From Bacillota bacterium (GTDB lineage: Bacteria; Bacillota; Dehalobacteriia; UBA4068): 64,000 nucleotides of DNA. The DNA lies in NCBI GenBank assembly GCA_031553915.1, contig JAVBKT010000002.1:271642-335641 (forward strand), read 5' to 3'. Shown one piece after another: positions 1 through 8,423 of the stretch. Below the pieces are notes generated by a model, which worked only from the letters and a program-made list of their open reading frames with translations, searched no databases and was not told where the DNA came from. Positions within the stretch are counted from its first letter, which is position 1. The number at the start of each line of letters is the position of its first letter. The translations under genes were made by a program, and so were the position numbers.

Positions 1-32
1 GCTGTAACAAAAACTAGCAAACCTCTTTTCAT
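1..32 (-). CDS. 5' end of a gene running off the window (MKRGLLVFVTA..., signal-peptide-like)
   Basis: GGAGG SD then ATG at 32; preceded by an ECF-type promoter at 79-107; only 10 full codons visible. Confidence 0.55.
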   Translation of the reverse strand, partial: MKRGLLVFVT

Positions 33-78
33 ATCTTTCTCCTCCATCATATATTTTGGCATTATTATGCCTAAACAT

Positions 79-107
79 TAATACTATTAAAAGAGGATTT
101 TGTTACA
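79..107 (-). promoter_or_regulatory. ECF sigma-type promoter, copy 1 (TGTAACA-N16-GTATTA)
   Basis: Same motif and spacing as the copies at 1465-1493 and 1569-1597. Confidence 0.65.
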
Positions 108-124
108 GATTTTGTTAAATTTTT

Positions 125-910
125 TTAAGGATATCTCTCCTGCCATGTAACGCTCCTGGCAATCGCCAGGGCCTCTGACATGGGTAAATTGGTTTGTAGC
201 GTAAAGTCGGTTACATAATCATTCCAATAAATTTTAATCAGCCCGTCTTTTTGGCTGATAATAGCCGGCCAGTCATTGATCTTTTCGCTAAAAGAATAAT
301 CAGCATCAGTTGTATCAATAAGCCGCTGTAAATCTAGGGGCTGTGTGAAAAAATAAATATATTGCTCTCCTTGTTGATAATCAAGCGAAAATTCATTTTT
401 ATCATCAATAATACTTGTCAATTCAAAGCCCGCGGGAATATAGGCGGGCAGATAATATTTGGTAAAGCCCTGATCAACATCATAGCCTAAAATATCCGAC
501 GCATCAGGATTATTCTGGCTTTGGTCAACGCTGACCGCGACATAGTCCTCGTTCCACTCCAGAATATAGTTGTAGACAATCTGGCGAAAACTGGCCGAGG
601 CCGCAAACAATACTGTGGGCGTCGCCAGAGACAAGACAATGGCAATCATCGCTACTGCCGCTGCCTTGCGCCAGTGTTTGGTTATTTTTCTGCGCAGCGC
701 CATGCGCCGCCCCTTGCGGATCAGCTTGGCAATGGTCGCATCTAGCTGCGGTGTCGGCGCCATCTCAACATCCTCTGCCATCAGCTCTTGATATTCCTTG
801 TTCAGCTCCTCTTTGCGTAAAAAAGCGATATAGCGAAACAGCAGTTCAAATTCATTGCCCTTTGGCCAGGATTCCTGCCAATTATGGTCTTTGTTGTTAG
901 TGTTTGGCAT
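125..910 (-). CDS. Anti-sigma factor, DUF4367-type (basic N-terminus, one TM, extracellular domain)
   Basis: TAATG overlap with the ECF sigma gene; single TM; YYLPAYIPAGFEL motif typical of DUF4367 proteins. Confidence 0.8.
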   Translation of the reverse strand: MPNTNNKDHNWQESWPKGNEFELLFRYIAFLRKEELNKEYQELMAEDVEMAPTPQLDATIAKLIRKGRRMALRRKITKHWRKAAAVAMIAIVLSLATPTVLFAASASFRQIVYNYILEWNEDYVAVSVDQSQNNPDASDILGYDVDQGFTKYYLPAYIPAGFELTSIIDDKNEFSLDYQQGEQYIYFFTQPLDLQRLIDTTDADYSFSEKINDWPAIISQKDGLIKIYWNDYVTDFTLQTNLPMSEALAIARSVTWQERYP

Positions 911-1479
911 TAATCTCCCTCCCCATCACGAGATAATTCTTTGTACAGAGCGCTTAAAGCACGGTGCATCCGTACGCGTGCATTGCCCGGGGAGATCTGT
1001 AAATAGTTACTGATTTCGGTATCGCTTAAGCCATTGCAATATCTCAGCATGATTACGTCCCGATAGACATCTGGCAGCTGATTGGCTTTTTCTACGGCTT
1101 TGTCAAAATTTTCTTTGGTGCTGAGCATTTCCGCAAGATCGCTGATATAAACCGCCTCAACTGTTTCCGCAGGCTGTATCTTCTTTCTGCGGGTAATATA
1201 CGTCAGACAATGATTTTTCACCATAGCAAAAACATATGCGGTATTCTGTTGAGCAATCTCATACTCCAAAATTGCCGGATTCTCGATCAGTTTTGCAAAA
1301 ACCTCCTGCACTATGTCCTCGGCCATATGCTCGTCTTTGAGCAGCTTGTAGGCATAGCGCATGAAAGACTCTTTATACTCCGTATATAAGTGGAGCAATA
1401 AATCTCTCTTCTCTGCATCCTCAATCGCCAGTATTAAATTAAGAATAATAATCTCCCCTATCTGTTGTACAATTATCAA
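910..1479 (-). CDS. ECF-family sigma-70 factor (true start may be ATT at 1446)
   Basis: Region 2 (AEDIVQEVF) and region 4 (LSDTEISNYLQISPGNARVRMHRA) motifs. Confidence 0.92.
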   Translation of the reverse strand: MIIVQQIGEIIILNLILAIEDAEKRDLLLHLYTEYKESFMRYAYKLLKDEHMAEDIVQEVFAKLIENPAILEYEIAQQNTAYVFAMVKNHCLTYITRRKKIQPAETVEAVYISDLAEMLSTKENFDKAVEKANQLPDVYRDVIMLRYCNGLSDTEISNYLQISPGNARVRMHRALSALYKELSRDGEGD

Positions 1480-1493
1480 TGAAAATTGTTACA
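1465..1493 (-). promoter_or_regulatory. ECF sigma-type promoter, copy 2 (TGTAACA-N16-GTACAA), likely autoregulatory
   Basis: Directly upstream of the GGGGAG SD of the ECF gene. Confidence 0.65.
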
Positions 1494-1568
1494 GTTTTTT
1501 TCTACCAATTTTTTCCAATTTTTGCCTATTTATATTATAATGGCTTTTAGTACTAATTCAACAGATAT

Positions 1569-1597
1569 TGTAACAATTTGCCTTCTTGTTTGTATTA
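1569..1597 (+). promoter_or_regulatory. ECF sigma-type promoter, copy 3 (TGTAACA-N16-GTATTA)
   Basis: Same motif and spacing as copies 1 and 2, in the divergent orientation. Confidence 0.65.
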
Positions 1598-1602
1598 AAG
1601 AG

Positions 1603-1803
1603 TGCATATGCCTACTTATCTGGCCAATAATCCCGCTTGCATAGTCTGCCGCCCTGCTAAAAACACTAATCTTTGTCTGTAAAATTTTTGGTAGTCTTCA
1701 AAAGCAATTGGTAGTAGGACTCCTCCATCGTCTTTTTGGCGCTATGCAAGCGCCAAGTGGCGCATACGCCAACACACCACCGTTATTGGTGGTGTGTTTT
1801 TTT
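1603..1803 (+). ncRNA. Candidate ~200-nt sRNA or attenuated leader
   Basis: Bounded by an ECF promoter and an intrinsic terminator; 11-bp long-range complement 1634-1644/1742-1752; CTCCTCC at 1720-1726. Confidence 0.4.
1771..1803 (+). terminator. Intrinsic terminator
   Basis: AACACACCACC-GTTATT-GGTGGTGTGTT followed by a T run. Confidence 0.8.
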
Positions 1804-1896
1804 GTCGAAATATTTTTTTGAATATCGTCTGCATTCCCCGCAAAAAACAGCCGCTGCATATCTATAAAAATTTTAACAACTAAGCTTGCCTTTTTG

Positions 1897-1925
1897 TTGA
1901 TTATTGCGCCCACTTTTGTTATCAT
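1897..1925 (+). promoter_or_regulatory. SigA-type promoter of the lipoprotein gene
   Basis: TTGATT-N17-TATCAT with an extended -10 TG. Confidence 0.55.
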
Positions 1926-1947
1926 AAAACAAAGGAGGGTTTCCCTA

Positions 1948-3150
1948 ATGAAAAAACTACTTATTTGTTTATCTGTCTTTATATTTGCGCTATCTCTTTG
2001 TGGCTGCAGCGTACTTTTTAATCTTGGCTACAACCTTACTGCTACTCCCGAGCCGGCGCTGCCCGATGAGCCGGAAATTGAAGACCCGATAGTTCCTGAT
2101 CCGTCTCCAACACAAACTCTTTATATTAAGGATATCGCCATCAGCTTTGATGACCAATTAACTTTTTCAATGCAAGAACAATTAGAGACTAATGGCGTTG
2201 GCTCTCTGCTGCTGGCTTCACCAACAGCAGATAATATAAAAATACCTGTCGTCTACCTTGGGCCGCAGCAATTGGCGCTGCAAAGCGGCGAGGATGCCGA
2301 TAAAATTGCCGCTCAGTTTGAAGCCCTGCTAAACGGCATCACAACTGAGGTCGGCGTTGAGGTAACTGCTTCAGAAATCACCGCTATTGCCCTCAACGGC
2401 GCTGAGGCTTATCAATGCAACTATACCTATGCTGACGCTGATGCGAGCGATATCACCCATACCAGCCGCTATATCCTCTTCATTCATAATGGCAGCATCT
2501 ATGGGCTGGGGCTGGAAACCACCTCCCAAACAGAGATGACATATTTTACCCTCTTTGAGGATATTCTCTCCTCGCTGCAGCTGCTGGAGGTTGCGGACAC
2601 CACCGGATATCACAGCCGGCAGTTTATGGATTTGGCCTTTAGCTATAACTCCAAATACCTCTTGCATGAAACAGTGGACAGCCTCACTTTAACCTGCAAC
2701 AGCCCGGGCTATGTGATCAACATCATCATGGCGGCAGAAGCCTCCGCAGAAGAGCTGGCGGATATTGATGCTCTCCTGAAAAATAAAATTGAACTGCTCA
2801 GCCAGGATATGCGGTTTGCCAACGCAACAGAGCTGTCAGATATCAACATCACCACTATTAACGATCTGCCTGCTGCCACACGCTCCATCCTCTATGCCAA
2901 TGCTGATGAGGAAAGATATTATCAAATCACCGCCTTTGTCATTGGCGAAAAGCTATATTATGTTTCCGTCAATGCCCTGGCCGCTATCAAAGACACCTAC
3001 CAGACTGAATATAATATGCTGGTTTCCTCTGTGATCACCGCCCCGGCAGACAGCGCCGCTACCCCTGACGCTGCCGACGCGGCAAATGGCAACCCTGACG
3101 GCGCATCAGGGGGAGATACCCCTGATGCCAATACCAACACCACTCCGTAA
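1948..3150 (+). CDS. Acidic lipoprotein with two probable PsbP/DcrB-like domains
   Basis: AAGGAGG SD then ATG 1948; lipobox LCGC; two similar beta-rich halves; low-complexity D/A/P/N tail. Confidence 0.75.
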   Translation: MKKLLICLSVFIFALSLCGCSVLFNLGYNLTATPEPALPDEPEIEDPIVPDPSPTQTLYIKDIAISFDDQLTFSMQEQLETNGVGSLLLASPTADNIKIPVVYLGPQQLALQSGEDADKIAAQFEALLNGITTEVGVEVTASEITAIALNGAEAYQCNYTYADADASDITHTSRYILFIHNGSIYGLGLETTSQTEMTYFTLFEDILSSLQLLEVADTTGYHSRQFMDLAFSYNSKYLLHETVDSLTLTCNSPGYVINIIMAAEASAEELADIDALLKNKIELLSQDMRFANATELSDINITTINDLPAATRSILYANADEERYYQITAFVIGEKLYYVSVNALAAIKDTYQTEYNMLVSSVITAPADSAATPDAADAANGNPDGASGGDTPDANTNTTP

Positions 3151-3218
3151 TTAGCAACCGCCCGGGACGAGACCGTCCGGTAATGTGGCGGGGCCCTAAG
3201 GCAGTAATAATTAAAATT

Positions 3219-3259
3219 AAACAAAAGTGACGCCACTAAAGGAGGCGTCACTTTTGTTT
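3219..3259. terminator. Bidirectional terminator
   Basis: 16-bp perfect inverted repeat AAACAAAAGTGACGCC/GGCGTCACTTTTGTTT. Confidence 0.8.
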
Positions 3260-3314
3260 GGCGTCTCCTCGGCAAACCTTCTTAATTAGCGGATAAAATA
3301 TAGGGATACGCTTA

Positions 3315-3343
3315 TTGACATCTCTTCCGCATTGAGATAAAAT
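3315..3343 (+). promoter_or_regulatory. SigA promoter of tRNA-Ala
   Basis: TTGACA-N17-TAAAAT. Confidence 0.8.
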
Positions 3344-3367
3344 GATTCTGCTGCCCATTTTGATTAT

Positions 3368-3443
3368 GGGGGTGTGGCTCAGTTGGGAGAGCGCCTGCTT
3401 CGCATGCAGGAGGCCAGGGGTTCGAATCCCCTCATCTCCACCA
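3368..3443 (+). tRNA. tRNA-Ala(CGC)
   Basis: 76 nt cloverleaf; anticodon arm CCTGC-TTCGCAT-GCAGG; TTCGAAT T-loop; CCA end. Confidence 0.97.
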
Positions 3444-3450
3444 AAGTGAA

Positions 3451-3484
3451 TCCCCCGCTACATGTTATTGTAGCTGGGGATTTG
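3451..3484 (+). terminator. Terminator after tRNA-Ala
   Basis: TCCCC.GCTACA / TGTAGC.GGGGA hairpin followed by TTTG. Confidence 0.6.
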
Positions 3485-3681
3485 TTATGTCCGCGGCGCA
3501 GCAACTCGCCAGTGTGATAAGAAACCTATTTCTATCCATACTAATAAATGTGCGGCCAATCATCATAACTTGCTGATATATTTAATTTGCGCAAAAATAT
3601 TGAGCAGAAAGACTTGTATCTTAGTACTATTTATGTATAATAGATATATTCCTCGGATTATTGGGAAAGGCAACTCCTCAT

Positions 3682-5073
3682 ATGGCTCATAAATTTCACA
3701 AACTGAAATTATCTCCGCCACAGGCTATTCTGCTGGGGTTTGCTGCGATGATACTTTTGGGCGCTTTTTTGCTCAGCTTGCCTGCCGCCAGTAAAAGCGG
3801 CCAAAGCATCGGCTTTGTTGACGCTATTTTTTCTGCTACCTCCGCTACCTGCGTAACCGGTCTCACTGTCGTCGATACGGTGGAGCACTGGACCACTTTT
3901 GGCAAGGTAGTAATCCTGGCGCTGATCCAGTTTGGCGCGCTGGGCTTTATGACCATTCTCACTTTGCTGATGATGCTGATGCGCAAAAACATATCCCTGC
4001 GCAACCGCCTGGTTATTCAGGCCTCGTTCAATCAAAACAATATTGGCGGCATGGTGCGCCTGGTCAAAAACGTCATCCTTATCACCTGCGCCTTTGAGGC
4101 CATCGGCGTGTTGATTCTTACCCTAAGCTTCCACTTTGGCGAGGGGATGCCGATGAGTGAGTCTTTATATCAGGGCATATTCCATGCCATCTCCGCCTTT
4201 TGTAATTCCGGGATAAGCACCTTTAGCGATGGGCTGACTGCTATCAGCAGCAATACTCTGGCCATTGCTACCATAACCGCTCTTTTTATTTGCGGCGGCC
4301 TTGGCTTTACTGTGTGGTCAGAATTAATTACGCTGACCAAAAATAAACAGCGTCTGCCTCTGCGCAATCGGCTGGTACACCTTTCCCTGCATACCAAGCT
4401 TGCTCTGATGATGACCGGGATACTCCTCGTATCCGGCTGGATACTCTTTGCCGTATTGGAGTGGCATAACCCGGCAACCTTCGGCAATATGCCAGTCAAT
4501 GAAAAAATAGGCACTGCTTTTTTCCATTCAGCAAATTTGCGCACAGCCGGCTTTAATCTATTTAATACCGACGGGCTGACAGAAATATCCAAGTTCTTCT
4601 CCGGTATTTTTATGTTTATCGGCGGATCGCCGTCCGGTACAGCCGGGGGATTAAAAACTGTCACCATCGCCATTGTCATTTTTTCTATGATTTCCGTGCT
4701 CCGGGGACGCAATAATATCGAGGCCTTTGGCCGTACCCTACCCATAGATTTATTGCAAAAGGCCCTGACTGTCATCTGCACCGTGATGATTGTGGTTGTG
4801 ACCTCGACGATCATCCTCTATTTTACCGAACAGACAACTCTTTATCCGCATACCTTTTGGGATATCCTGGTGGAAAGCTGCTCGGCAGCCACCTCCGCTG
4901 GCATCAGTACCGGCATCACCCCATATCTCTCCACCGCAGGTAAAATAGTTATCAGCTTATGTATGTTCTTGGGCCGTCTCGGCCCGATAACAGTTGTTGT
5001 TGCGCTCTCTATGCGCTTGAATAACAGCCACGACGGCACCTCTTTGCCGGAAGAACGGGTAATTATTGGCTAA
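3682..5073 (+). CDS. ktrB: TrkH/KtrB-family K+ uptake membrane subunit
   Basis: SATCVTGL, SAFCNSG, RTAGF and GGSPSGTAGGLK pore motifs; ATG at 3682. Confidence 0.92.
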   Translation: MAHKFHKLKLSPPQAILLGFAAMILLGAFLLSLPAASKSGQSIGFVDAIFSATSATCVTGLTVVDTVEHWTTFGKVVILALIQFGALGFMTILTLLMMLMRKNISLRNRLVIQASFNQNNIGGMVRLVKNVILITCAFEAIGVLILTLSFHFGEGMPMSESLYQGIFHAISAFCNSGISTFSDGLTAISSNTLAIATITALFICGGLGFTVWSELITLTKNKQRLPLRNRLVHLSLHTKLALMMTGILLVSGWILFAVLEWHNPATFGNMPVNEKIGTAFFHSANLRTAGFNLFNTDGLTEISKFFSGIFMFIGGSPSGTAGGLKTVTIAIVIFSMISVLRGRNNIEAFGRTLPIDLLQKALTVICTVMIVVVTSTIILYFTEQTTLYPHTFWDILVESCSAATSAGISTGITPYLSTAGKIVISLCMFLGRLGPITVVVALSMRLNNSHDGTSLPEERVIIG

Positions 5074-5108
5074 AAACAGTGATTATTAACTAAAAGGAAA
5101 GGATTATT

Positions 5109-5753
5109 ATGCCTAACAAAAATAAAAATAAAAATTTTGCCGTGCTTGGTCTGGGACGCTTTGGCATGAGTATTGTGCAGACTCTATCGGAATATGATGT
5201 CAATGTTCTGGCCTGTGATGTTGATGAGGCGAAAATTCATCAGGTGGCGGATTTGGCCACGCATGTGATGCGGGCAGACCTCTCAGATGAAGGAGTACTC
5301 GCCACGCTGGGCCTGGGCAACTTTGATGTTGTTATTCTAGCCATGGGCGAGGAATTTGAGGCCTCGGTTATTGCCACAATGTTTGCCAAGGAAGAAGGCG
5401 CCAAATGGGTTATTGCTAAAGCGCGGACTATTCGCCAGAAACGCATCCTCGAAAATATCGGCGCAGATGAAGTTGTGCTGCCCGAGCATCAGATGGGCGC
5501 AAAAATCGCCGCCAAGCTGGTGGGCAGCAATATTCTCGATATTCTCGATGAATCTGATTTCTATACTATTTCAGAAATGCGCCCCAAGCCGGAATGGATT
5601 GGCAAAACCGTCAAGCAGGCAGATATCCGCAGAAAGGATGATTTAACCGTGCTGGCTATCCGCCACAAGGATAAACTGAGCATCCCTGTTTCTCCGGATA
5701 CGCTGATCTGCGCAGAGGATATTCTCATCACCCTCAGTGAGCATCGAAAATAG
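5109..5753 (+). CDS. ktrA: TrkA/KtrA-family RCK regulatory subunit
   Basis: GLGRFG Rossmann motif; TrkA-C tail; adjacent to ktrB. Confidence 0.92.
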   Translation: MPNKNKNKNFAVLGLGRFGMSIVQTLSEYDVNVLACDVDEAKIHQVADLATHVMRADLSDEGVLATLGLGNFDVVILAMGEEFEASVIATMFAKEEGAKWVIAKARTIRQKRILENIGADEVVLPEHQMGAKIAAKLVGSNILDILDESDFYTISEMRPKPEWIGKTVKQADIRRKDDLTVLAIRHKDKLSIPVSPDTLICAEDILITLSEHRK

Positions 5754-5764
5754 GCAAAAAATTA

Positions 5765-5790
5765 CCCCCGCTTGAAAAGCGGGGGTTTTT
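5765..5790 (+). terminator. Terminator of ktrBA
   Basis: CCCCCGCTT-GAA-AAGCGGGGG-TTTTT. Confidence 0.85.
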
Positions 5791-5838
5791 ATTTATCGAT
5801 TTTAACCGCTTCAAAACATCTACGCTTATAATCTGCTA

Positions 5839-6756
5839 CTACCCCTCTTCACCCTTGGCCGGCGCTTGTTTTTTATAGTTGGTTAACAGCACACCGCTGA
5901 TGACCGCCACAGCGCCCACCGCAAAGCTCCATCCCGGCTGCTCATCAAGAATAATAATGGCCGCAATAGTGGCAAAGATAGGCGAGAGATTATAAAAAAC
6001 GCCGGATCGGGAGGTGCCGATAATACCAATGCTGGCATAGTACCAGGTAAAAGCCAGGGCAGAGCATAAGCCGCCCAGCACAAACAGAGAAACCCAGACC
6101 GGCCAATCCAGCGCCATAATCAACTCACGCTCAAAACCGCTTTCCCAATAGGCGGGGATAATCAAAACAATTGCCGCAATCAGGCAAGCCCAGGTGACGG
6201 CGGCCAAAGGCTCCAGTGTTTGCTGCGCCAAGCGGTTGAGAAAAGTATAGATCACCCAGGCAGCCAGACCGAGAAGAATATAAATCTCTCCTGAAGACAA
6301 GCTATGGCGGAACAGATCAGCCAGATTTCCCTCACAAATAATAAACACCGCGCCAAAGGCTGAGACAATAATACCGAGGATTTGCACGGGCCGCAATTTG
6401 TCCTTAAAAATAATCGCAGAAATCAGAGCCACCAAAACCGGGTTCAGGGCCATGATCATTGAGGCGTAGCTGGCCTCCACTGTTTTTAGTCCGGAGATGA
6501 AAAAATAATTATATACAGCCATGCCGATCACAGCCATGCCGATGACAATCAGAGCTTCTTTGCGCTGCAAACGCGGCAGCCGTCCTCCTTTGGCATAAAG
6601 GGCAATCAGCAACACCACAGCGGCAATGATAAAACGAAAACAAGCTGCGGTCCAGGGCGGCATAGCTTGGGCGACAATATTGCCGGCGACAAACCCCGCT
6701 CCCCAGAGGAGATTAACTACAATCTGTTTGAGATAGTTTTGGCTGAGAAGAGACAT
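5839..6756 (-). CDS. DMT/EamA family transporter
   Basis: About 10 TM segments in two EamA repeats. Confidence 0.88.
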   Translation of the reverse strand: MSLLSQNYLKQIVVNLLWGAGFVAGNIVAQAMPPWTAACFRFIIAAVVLLIALYAKGGRLPRLQRKEALIVIGMAVIGMAVYNYFFISGLKTVEASYASMIMALNPVLVALISAIIFKDKLRPVQILGIIVSAFGAVFIICEGNLADLFRHSLSSGEIYILLGLAAWVIYTFLNRLAQQTLEPLAAVTWACLIAAIVLIIPAYWESGFERELIMALDWPVWVSLFVLGGLCSALAFTWYYASIGIIGTSRSGVFYNLSPIFATIAAIIILDEQPGWSFAVGAVAVISGVLLTNYKKQAPAKGEEG

Positions 6757-6907
6757 AATCTTTCCCTTATTACAACAAAATTACCGTAACAAAACAACAG
6801 TGACAAAATAATACATTGTAACCTATTATACTCTACCCTGCCATTTTAGCAAGATATTTTTCCAAGAATTAGCCTTGCCTGCAAAGCCCGGCCTTTTCTT
6901 TCCACAT

Positions 6908-6940
6908 AAAAAATCCGCTGCCTGATCAGACAGCGGATTT
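6908..6940 (-). terminator. Terminator of argH
   Basis: AAATCCGCTG/CAGCGGATTT hairpin with a T run on the minus strand. Confidence 0.75.
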
Positions 6941-6958
6941 ATCTGTATTATTTTCTCT

Positions 6959-8338
6959 TTATGCCTGTTTGAGCCACTCTCTGGCTTCAGCAATGGCAAT
7001 TTTGGTTGCCTCCGGCGCAGGGCCGCCCAAGACATTGCGCGCAGCCAGACACTGCGTCAGAGCGATAGCGTCATAAATATCCTCTGCAAACAAAGCGGAT
7101 TCTTTCTGCATTTCCTCCAAGCTCAAATCAGCCAAGCGGCGATTGCTCTTCTCCGCATACTGCACCAGTTTTCCTGATACTTCATGGGCAGAGCGGAAAG
7201 GCAAACCCTTAGCCACTAAATAGTCGGCCAGATCAGTGGCATTCAAAAACCCGCCTTCTAAATCCGCCGCCATTTTATCACGATTGACCACTATCGTCTG
7301 AAACATCGGTGTAAACACCATCAGGCAGCCTTTCAGGGTATCTAGCGCGTCAAAGGTCGCTTCCTTATCCTCTTGCATATCCTTATTATAGGCCAGTGGC
7401 AAGCTTTTCATTATCGTCAGGAGGGCCATCAAATCACCATATACCCGTCCGGTTTTGCCCCGAATCAGCTCTGCCATATCCGGATTCTTTTTCTGCGGCA
7501 TAATAGAGCTGCCGGTGCTATAGGCATCATCCATGGTGATAAAACCAAATTCACCGCTATTCCAGATGATAATCTCTTCGCAAAAACGGGACAAGTGCAT
7601 CATCGTAATTGCTGCCGCTGAGAGAAATTCTATGGCATAATCGCGGTCTGAGACACCGTCCAAGCTATTGCTCATCGGGGCATCAAAGCCCAGTTCAGCT
7701 GCTGTTTGCTCGCGGTCGATGGGGAAGCCTGTGCCAGCTAAAGCACAGCTGCCAAGCGGGCAGACATTCATGCGCGCCACGCAGTCATTCATCCTCTCCA
7801 CATCGCGGCGGAACATCTGTACATAAGCCAGCAGATGATGGGCAAAGCTGATCGGCTGCGCTTTTTGCAGATGGGTAAAGCCCGGCATCAGGGTGTGTGT
7901 ATGCTCCCCTGCTTTATCCAGCAATACGGCAAGCAAAGACCGCAGCAGCTCTGTTGTTTCGATAATTTCGCGCCGCAGCCACATCCGCAGATCCAAAGCC
8001 ACCTGATCATTACGGCTGCGCGCAGTATGCAGCTTTTTACCGGTTTCACCAATGCGCTCAGTCAGCAGCATTTCCACATTCATATGTATGTCTTCCGCCG
8101 CTTCGTCAAACTCAACCTCGCCGGCATCAATAGCAGCGCGCACAGCCTGCAACCCGGCCTGGATGGTAGCTGACTCCTCCGCGGAGATAATCCCGCAGGC
8201 AGCGAGCATCTTTGCATGAGCAAGCGAGCCCTCAATATCTTCGCGGTACAGCCGTTTATCAAAACCAATTGAAGAATGAAAATGCTCCGCCAGCTTGTCT
8301 GTATCTGCAGAAAAACGTCCGCCCCATAATTTCATCAA
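6959..8338 (-). CDS. argH: Argininosuccinate lyase
   Basis: LWGGRF N-terminus, HTARSRNDQV, GSSIMPQKKNPD signature. Confidence 0.98.
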   Translation of the reverse strand: MMKLWGGRFSADTDKLAEHFHSSIGFDKRLYREDIEGSLAHAKMLAACGIISAEESATIQAGLQAVRAAIDAGEVEFDEAAEDIHMNVEMLLTERIGETGKKLHTARSRNDQVALDLRMWLRREIIETTELLRSLLAVLLDKAGEHTHTLMPGFTHLQKAQPISFAHHLLAYVQMFRRDVERMNDCVARMNVCPLGSCALAGTGFPIDREQTAAELGFDAPMSNSLDGVSDRDYAIEFLSAAAITMMHLSRFCEEIIIWNSGEFGFITMDDAYSTGSSIMPQKKNPDMAELIRGKTGRVYGDLMALLTIMKSLPLAYNKDMQEDKEATFDALDTLKGCLMVFTPMFQTIVVNRDKMAADLEGGFLNATDLADYLVAKGLPFRSAHEVSGKLVQYAEKSNRRLADLSLEEMQKESALFAEDIYDAIALTQCLAARNVLGGPAPEATKIAIAEAREWLKQA

Positions 8339-8358
8339 CCGTTCCTCCTTGAATATAG

Positions 8359-8384
8359 CTAGAACCGCATAAATGCGGTTCTAG
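8359..8384. terminator. 11-bp hairpin between ispH-rpsA and argH
   Basis: CTAGAACCGCA-TAAA-TGCGGTTCTAG; weak U tract. Confidence 0.5.
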
Positions 8385-8423
8385 GCGTTTTCTTAATATA
8401 TGGCCACTGCCAGGCAAACAGTA

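Noticed and set aside
1803-1809. Perfect Spo0A box TGTCGAA upstream of the lipoprotein promoter
   Set aside because: A single 7-mer is expected several times by chance in 64 kb, and it lies about 90 bp from the promoter.
3444-3681. c-di-AMP (ydaO) riboswitch expected upstream of ktrBA
   Set aside because: None of its conserved strings is present; the region holds only the tRNA terminator and a short-leader SigA-like promoter.
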